Positions 58,352 to 64,000 of a stretch of DNA of 64,000 bases are shown piece after piece. The notes under the pieces were generated by a model. The model ran no database searches. It was not told the origin of the DNA and was given only the letters and a program-made list of their open reading frames with translations. The DNA comes from Rhodospirillales bacterium (lineage in GTDB: Bacteria > Pseudomonadota > Alphaproteobacteria > Acetobacterales > Acetobacteraceae), in contig JBAXFK010000001.1 of NCBI GenBank assembly GCA_037139955.1, positions 5,402 to 69,401 on the forward strand, given 5' to 3'. Within the stretch, counting starts at the first letter, position 1. Each line of letters opens with the position of its first letter. The position numbers were made by a program, and so were the translations under genes.

Positions 58352-60576
58352 GGGATCAGCTCGATGCTTTCCGCGACGGTCGCCGGATCGCGACCGAGCG
58401 TCAGCGTAGCACCGTCGCGCCAGCGCCGCAGCAAATCTCCGGCATGGGCGGCTAGCGGGTTTCCGGATTGCCCGGGCGCGAGCATGAACAGGCTCCGGTC
58501 TAGGTCGGCAAGATCGTACACTCCCCGGTAGCTCGCCCCATGCACGCTTTGCATATCGGCGTTCGGGGATCCGCGTCCGACGGTGGTGTCGTCGCCGGGG
58601 CTGGGGATGGATTGGGTGGTGAGGTCGCCTAACAGCGGTATGCTGCGGAACGTCGGGTGGGCGAAAACGGCGGGATGGGCTTCCCCCCACGGACGGCGGT
58701 CTGTCGCGGTTTCCAGCGCTTGCCGGATCGCGGGCGCGCAGTCGCCGCCGCACCAATGCGCCCCGGCGGGCGAGAGAACGAAGCCCACGAAATCTGCCAT
58801 CGGCCCGCCGACGTGTCGGTCGAGCCCGGCCCGTTGCAGGATCAGCCGGTGAAATGCGCGCAGCCACGTGTTGAACACCAGCGGCTGCGGCGCATCCAGC
58901 GTCATCGTACCGTTCCAGCCGTCGAAGATTTTCGCGTCGGGCGCCGCCGCGCGCAGAATAGGTAGGATTTGCACGGCGAAACTGCTGTCCGCATCGCTCT
59001 GCATCCGGGCGAAATCGGTCGGCGAGGGCTTCGGTAGCGCATCCAGCAGCGTGACGATCCGGCGGGCGCGCCAGTCGGTGTACCAATCTCGTCCGAGGAA
59101 GACCGGAAAATCGGGTGGCGCGATACGCTCGTTGGCGTTGACCAGCCGCCCCTCGGCTGGAGCGACATAGTGCGGCAATGCCGAGCCGGATGCCCAGCCG
59201 ATCCAGTCGTACGCGCCATTTCCTGGGATCGGCATCGATCCGTCGCCGGCTTGGCGGATGGGAATGCGGCCGGTGGTGAACTGCCCGATCGTGTCCCGAT
59301 CCGCCACCATCAGGTTCTGCACAGGGGACGCGATAACCGCTGCCGTCGCCCCAGCCTCCCGCACCGAGGCCGCTCGGTTTAGCGCCAGTAGGCCGCTGGC
59401 AGCGGTATCGCCGGGCTGTAGATTGGCCATGGACACCGCGAGGGTTTTGTCCCGCACACCGACGATATCGCCGACGATCGGCCCATGCCGGCTTTCGCGA
59501 ACGATGAGGGTCTCGTCGGGCTGGCCGCGCACGGCGATGCGTTCCACCCGCTGGGTCGATGGCGCGTCCGCCGCTTCGATGAAAATATCCTGCACATCGG
59601 CGTCGGTGGTGGTGAAAGTCCAGGCAATGTGTCGGTTGCGCCCGATGACCAGGAACGGCACCCCCGGTGCGGTGGCGCCGGCAAGCGTCGAATTTGGCGT
59701 GTCGATCCGCGCGAGATACCAGACGCCGGGAAATCCGAATGCCAGGTGCGGGTCCCCAGCTAGGATCGGCGCCCCGGTCGCGCTGTGGGCGCCATCGACG
59801 GCCCACTCGTTCGATGCGGAGTCCGGCTGTGTCCAGGGGCCGGAGAAGGTGGGCAGCACCGCCGCCAGCCGGCCTGCGGCGGCGGCGAGGTCCGGGTCCG
59901 TCGATCCGTCGGCGCGCTGCCGGGGTGGATCGGATCGCCATAATTCGTCGATCCTATCCTGCGGCAACCGTCCTTGCAGCGACAGTCGCGACAATTCCGC
60001 TCGCCAATTGCCCGACAAATACAGCCCCATGGTTTTCGCCCACAGCAGGCTATCCGAGGGCTGCCATGGCTCCGGGGCGCCGAGCGGCAGAAATTCGGGG
60101 GCGGCGAAGCGGCCGTGCGCGGCGATCCAGGCGTTCACGCCGTTGGCATACGCTTCCAACACGGACTTGGTGTCGTCCGGCAGGGCCGCGTAATCGGCGA
60201 GCGCGGCGCGCGCCAAACCGAGGGTGCGCATCGTTCGATCCACCCACAGCGTCGACGGACCCGCCAGTTCCGACAGCCGGCCCGCAGCGGCGCGGCGCAT
60301 CAGCTCCATTTGAAACATGCGATCGCGCGCATGCACGAACCCCAACGCGGCTGCGCCATCGCGCTCGTTCGCCGCTCGGATGCGGGGTATGCCATCGGCG
60401 TCGATCGTAATGCCGACCGGCGCGGATAGGCCGGGAATGCGCGCGGTTTCGCGGCTGGATGGCAAGGTGGCGCACAGCGCCCATACGATTCCGGCAACCG
60501 CCAACAATAGCAGGCCAGCGACCGCGCGAAGCAGTGCGAGGGCGATCCGCACGGGCTTGCCCATGGGCTTGCTCAT
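58348..60576 (-). CDS. penicillin/AHL acylase family Ntn-hydrolase (mirror copy)
   Basis: Mirror of 23655-25883. Confidence 0.8.
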   Translation of the reverse strand: MSKPMGKPVRIALALLRAVAGLLLLAVAGIVWALCATLPSSRETARIPGLSAPVGITIDADGIPRIRAANERDGAAALGFVHARDRMFQMELMRRAAAGRLSELAGPSTLWVDRTMRTLGLARAALADYAALPDDTKSVLEAYANGVNAWIAAHGRFAAPEFLPLGAPEPWQPSDSLLWAKTMGLYLSGNWRAELSRLSLQGRLPQDRIDELWRSDPPRQRADGSTDPDLAAAAGRLAAVLPTFSGPWTQPDSASNEWAVDGAHSATGAPILAGDPHLAFGFPGVWYLARIDTPNSTLAGATAPGVPFLVIGRNRHIAWTFTTTDADVQDIFIEAADAPSTQRVERIAVRGQPDETLIVRESRHGPIVGDIVGVRDKTLAVSMANLQPGDTAASGLLALNRAASVREAGATAAVIASPVQNLMVADRDTIGQFTTGRIPIRQAGDGSMPIPGNGAYDWIGWASGSALPHYVAPAEGRLVNANERIAPPDFPVFLGRDWYTDWRARRIVTLLDALPKPSPTDFARMQSDADSSFAVQILPILRAAAPDAKIFDGWNGTMTLDAPQPLVFNTWLRAFHRLILQRAGLDRHVGGPMADFVGFVLSPAGAHWCGGDCAPAIRQALETATDRRPWGEAHPAVFAHPTFRSIPLLGDLTTQSIPSPGDDTTVGRGSPNADMQSVHGASYRGVYDLADLDRSLFMLAPGQSGNPLAAHAGDLLRRWRDGATLTLGRDPATVAESIELIP

Positions 60577-61214
60577 GGGCTTGCGGTGGGCGGCCGGTCG
60601 GCGGTGAGACGTCGGAGCATGCGCAAAAATTCCTCGGCGGCGCGGGCGGCCGGCCAAGGCTCCCACGGTGCGACGGATAACCGGGTCGCGAGAGGATCGG
60701 TGTCCACCGGACGGTCGACGATGCGTAGGGTCTTGCGCACTTCGTCCCGCGTCCAGCCCACGACATGGATAGCTTCGGATGCAGCCGCGATTCGGTCGGC
60801 GCGCTTGTGGGCCTTCTTGTCCTCCGGCGTCCAAGGCGGGACGGTGTAGCGGGTCGCGATCGCCGATTGCAGCCGGGCGGCCAGGGCGGCATAGCCGGGT
60901 CCGAGGAAGGGTTTCAGCGGTGAGATCGGGTCGAAACCCAACAAACCCTCATCGGCATCGTGCAGCAATTCGCGGCGCGCGGCGGCGTCGGACAGGCCGG
61001 TGGGGCTAGACTGACGGCGTAGGGCAAGCACCAGCAGCGAGTGCTGTGCGACCGACAGCGGCAATGGCCACGCGGAATGCCCGCCCCAGCGATAGGTGCG
61101 CGCGAGGCCGAGGGCTAGGTCCTCATCTGTCCAGTCGAACGGCGTTGGGTCGAGCAAATCCAGCCGGTGACCCGACGGCAAACGCACCCAGGCTCGGGTG
61201 GGGACAGGGGGCAT
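60573..61214 (-). CDS. HD-domain phosphohydrolase (mirror copy)
   Basis: Mirror of 23017-23658. Confidence 0.55.
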   Translation of the reverse strand: MPPVPTRAWVRLPSGHRLDLLDPTPFDWTDEDLALGLARTYRWGGHSAWPLPLSVAQHSLLVLALRRQSSPTGLSDAAARRELLHDADEGLLGFDPISPLKPFLGPGYAALAARLQSAIATRYTVPPWTPEDKKAHKRADRIAAASEAIHVVGWTRDEVRKTLRIVDRPVDTDPLATRLSVAPWEPWPAARAAEEFLRMLRRLTADRPPTASP

Positions 61215-61230
61215 AGCGGTTGCGCGGCTC

Positions 61231-63156
61231 TCAATCGGCCTTATCCGGCGGCGGCGGCGTACGACTGTGCTGCATCTTCGCGATAAGATCTTTCACGCGC
61301 GACGATCCGTCCGGTCGTAGGACGGACTGTCGGATGACATTGAAGGTCGTATGATGCGATCGTGTCCATTGGCCGTTTTTCTCGATGTCGCTTTCGATTT
61401 GCTGGAGCGCGCGGTACCAGATTGTCAAACGCAACATATTGAGCAAATCGGGAATATCGGGAAGGCCTAACCATCGATAGATCGGCAACAACAATGCCAA
61501 TGGGAGAACGATCGCCAAGTAATACTCGACGGTGCTCGCCCATTGCAGCGGTAATTGGCGGTATCCCCAAGGTATGCCCGACGTATAATATTCCGCCGCG
61601 CGGGGGTCGATCTCTACCTTGGAATGACGCAACGCCGGGAATTCGCGCTCCGCGCTGACCAGGGTCGCCGGTCCATGCACCGCAGCCATGGCGCGTAGCA
61701 TCGTCCAGGCGATCGCGGGATGGAGCGATTTGTTTGCCACGACATACGATGTGCCGGCCACCAACGAAATTTCCCGCGCCGGAATATGCTTGGCCATATC
61801 GATAACATCGCGCGCCAGCTTAACCGGTCGAAGTTGCGGAAATTTGAGCGAAATCGCGTAGGCCTGCGGGAAATCGACGAGTTGAAGGTCTTCGCGCTGC
61901 ATCAGTTCGCGCACGATCGGGTTGTCGTCGCGTAGTACGGCGGCGATTGCATCGACCGTACCCGCTTGGATCGCGACGACCTGATCGGCCAGCGGCATGT
62001 AGGATATCTTGGTGTTCGATGCGTCGATGCCCAGGGCATTGAGCACGGGAACGGCCAATGCGACTGTGGCACTGCCTGTCGGCGGCAGGGCGATGGTGCG
62101 GCCACGCAGGTTTTCGGCGGTCCAGTCCCTGCCCAGCGCCTTGCGATAAAACACGAATAGCGGCTGGTATTCGATCGCCCCTAAAATTCGGAGATTTTCG
62201 GCGTCGCTCGGACGAATTTCGGTGATCGCGAAGCCCAACGAAACAATACTGTCGTCGAGGCTGACCGCGGTTGGAATGCTTGCTGTGTTCTCGAACGGGA
62301 CGGATCGCAGTTCGATCCCCTGTGCCGCGAAGATCGGGCGGTATTTCTCCGCCACGGCGGACCACGAGCCGCCGGTTGCCCCCGTGGCGATGGCGACCGT
62401 GCGGGGCGGTGTGGGGGCGCCGAATATCAATACGATACCGATCCCGACGGCAATACCGAAGAGCATCCGGTGGTTCGTCATAAACCTTAAGTGGGACTCG
62501 ATATCGATACGCCAATTTTGCCCGGCCGGGTCGTCTGCCTCCTCGGTCGCGACGGATGGCAATACGATCGCGAACAACAGCGTATTGGCGATTCTAAGGA
62601 GTGCTTCGATGGCCTGCACGATCAGCATGAACAGTGCCAGCGCGACGATCACGAGTACGATCCTGCCATGCACATCTGGCAGCAGGTCGGCATATCGCAG
62701 TGTCGCGGTAACCGCCTCCGGGACTCCTATCGCCGCACCGAACGTGGAGCCGAGCAGGAGCACGACGAATAGTCGGGCGGTATCGGGGAAGCAGCGCAGT
62801 ACGTCGCCGTTAGCGCCGTCCCGATAGAAACGGATTGCTTTGACCAGAGTGCCGTAACTATTGGCGGTGCTAAAAATTGCCAGTGCTAGGATCGCACAGG
62901 TCGTGGGGGAGGCCATCGCCGTTTGCCACGAGGTGAGCAAGTGCAGCAGCACGAACATCGCGATATATGTCGGTACCGTATCGCATAGGGACGCCGCTGC
63001 CGCCGCGCAGCGTCCCATGACGCCTCCGCAGTGCTTTAAACAAGCGAGGATTCCGCCAGCCGTCAGCCCGACCGACAGCGCGGCCGTGGCAATCCAGATG
63101 TTGACGATAAATCCGGATAGGAAATCGCCAATGAACCCGGATGGGAGCAAATTCAT
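61231..63156 (-). CDS. permease-like + TAXI-like fusion protein (mirror copy)
   Basis: Mirror of 21075-23000. Confidence 0.55.
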   Translation of the reverse strand: MNLLPSGFIGDFLSGFIVNIWIATAALSVGLTAGGILACLKHCGGVMGRCAAAAASLCDTVPTYIAMFVLLHLLTSWQTAMASPTTCAILALAIFSTANSYGTLVKAIRFYRDGANGDVLRCFPDTARLFVVLLLGSTFGAAIGVPEAVTATLRYADLLPDVHGRIVLVIVALALFMLIVQAIEALLRIANTLLFAIVLPSVATEEADDPAGQNWRIDIESHLRFMTNHRMLFGIAVGIGIVLIFGAPTPPRTVAIATGATGGSWSAVAEKYRPIFAAQGIELRSVPFENTASIPTAVSLDDSIVSLGFAITEIRPSDAENLRILGAIEYQPLFVFYRKALGRDWTAENLRGRTIALPPTGSATVALAVPVLNALGIDASNTKISYMPLADQVVAIQAGTVDAIAAVLRDDNPIVRELMQREDLQLVDFPQAYAISLKFPQLRPVKLARDVIDMAKHIPAREISLVAGTSYVVANKSLHPAIAWTMLRAMAAVHGPATLVSAEREFPALRHSKVEIDPRAAEYYTSGIPWGYRQLPLQWASTVEYYLAIVLPLALLLPIYRWLGLPDIPDLLNMLRLTIWYRALQQIESDIEKNGQWTRSHHTTFNVIRQSVLRPDGSSRVKDLIAKMQHSRTPPPPDKAD

Positions 63157-63333
63157 GGCAGCGCTGCTTCGGAACCGAGCGATCCGGACGGCCCGTTGCC
63201 GCATCGCAAGCGCGCCGAATTGGGTGCCTGCGCGCTGGCTATCCGCACGATTTCACGGGGAAGCAACATCGAGTAGCCGCACCTTTCATTCCATGTTTTC
63301 GCAAATCCGTGCGCTGCGCTGCGGTCCGACGGC

Positions 63334-63948
63334 CTATGACCGGCGGCGAACGAGCCACCCGCTCGCTGTTCGGACAACGGCTTCGAGCGCTTGTACGAGC
63401 AACATGAACATGACCAGCGCCAGACCGACCAGCATAATCCGGCTTTGGATATCCGGCAGAAGCTCGGCATGGCGCAAAGTCACCGTGACGGCTTCGGGCA
63501 CACCGATTGCCGCGCCGGTCGACGAGGCGAGAACGAGAACAACGAACACCCGCGTAGTATTCGGAATAAATAGCATTGCCGCGCGAACCGAACCCTCTCG
63601 GAGGTATCGCAAAGTATCCAATAGACCATTGGAAATATTCGATGCGGCGTATATCCCTAGCGAGAGGATGACGAAAGTCGCCATGGGAACGGTTGCCGAG
63701 TAATCCGCGATGACGATGCTGCGGGGCAGCAGGTTCAACAGTACGAACATTGCAACGAATGTCGGGGTGGCATTGAACAGGGACGTTGCGGCGGTGGCGA
63801 TGCGTCCGAATATGCCGCCGACAAACCGTAGCCAAGCCAACAAACCGCCCACCGCAAGTCCAAGTAGCAGGGACGCCCCTCCGACCCAGAGATTGGTGAC
63901 GAAGCCCCGTAAAAAATCTTCGATGAAACTGGGCGGGAGGAAGCTCAT
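63334..63948 (-). CDS. ABC-type permease-like membrane protein (mirror copy)
   Basis: Mirror of 20283-20897. Listed in the ORF track with identical translation. Confidence 0.65.
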   Translation of the reverse strand: MSFLPPSFIEDFLRGFVTNLWVGGASLLLGLAVGGLLAWLRFVGGIFGRIATAATSLFNATPTFVAMFVLLNLLPRSIVIADYSATVPMATFVILSLGIYAASNISNGLLDTLRYLREGSVRAAMLFIPNTTRVFVVLVLASSTGAAIGVPEAVTVTLRHAELLPDIQSRIMLVGLALVMFMLLVQALEAVVRTASGWLVRRRS

Positions 63949-64000
63949 GATACCGCTCCTTGCCGGGTCAGGAGCAGACCCAGCAATCCGCTCAAGCGTG
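63945..64000 (-). CDS. 3' end of the fused SBP + permease gene (mirror copy, 5' part beyond the window)
   Basis: Mirror of 20231-20286. Confidence 0.6.
   Translation of the reverse strand, partial: RLSGLLGLLLTRQGAVS

Larger units (their letters stand above)
42116..64000 (-). repeat. right arm of spacer-less perfect palindrome (21,885 bp, cut by the window edge)
   Basis: Reverse complement of 20231-42115. Identical mirrored ORF set. Confidence 0.97.

Overview
High-GC (alphaproteobacterium-like) chromosomal DNA. Positions 1-15,647 look ordinary. They carry the conserved rimP-nusA-ylxR-infB operon on the minus strand, then an SDR, a C26 amidotransferase, a Bcr/CflA MFS pump and tRNA-Tyr(GTA). 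After that come two VOC proteins and a LysR-associated catabolic cluster: TPP enzyme, CoxG-like protein, HIBADH-like dehydrogenase, CMD-family protein, MBL-fold hydrolase and a DUF1127 protein. The rest of the window is dominated by two large exact-repeat structures. (1) A 2,727-bp exact tandem duplication (15648-18374 and 18375-21101) lies inside an unusual methyltransferase/transporter-like cluster that has no ATPase gene. (2) A spacer-less palindrome covers 20231-64000, with two 21,885-bp arms meeting at 42115|42116. The axis cuts an ABC-exporter gene, and the right arm is ended only by the window edge. Every gene from 20231 to 42115 therefore appears twice in mirror image: permease-TAXI fusion, HD hydrolase, Ntn acylase, RDD protein, CarD, an 871-aa Sel1 protein, DehI-like protein, GGT, GNAT, PPOX, PPK2, RraA-like protein, a decayed low-GC islet, alpha/beta hydrolase, enoyl-CoA hydratase, PEP-CTERM protein and HpcH aldolase. 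I think the palindrome is most likely a fold-back assembly or read artefact, and this must be settled before any biological reading. I found no CRISPR array, transposase, integrase or recognisable defence system. The most biologically interesting candidates are the ATPase-less SBP/permease/TAXI fusion cluster and the small islet flanked by 171-bp direct repeats.
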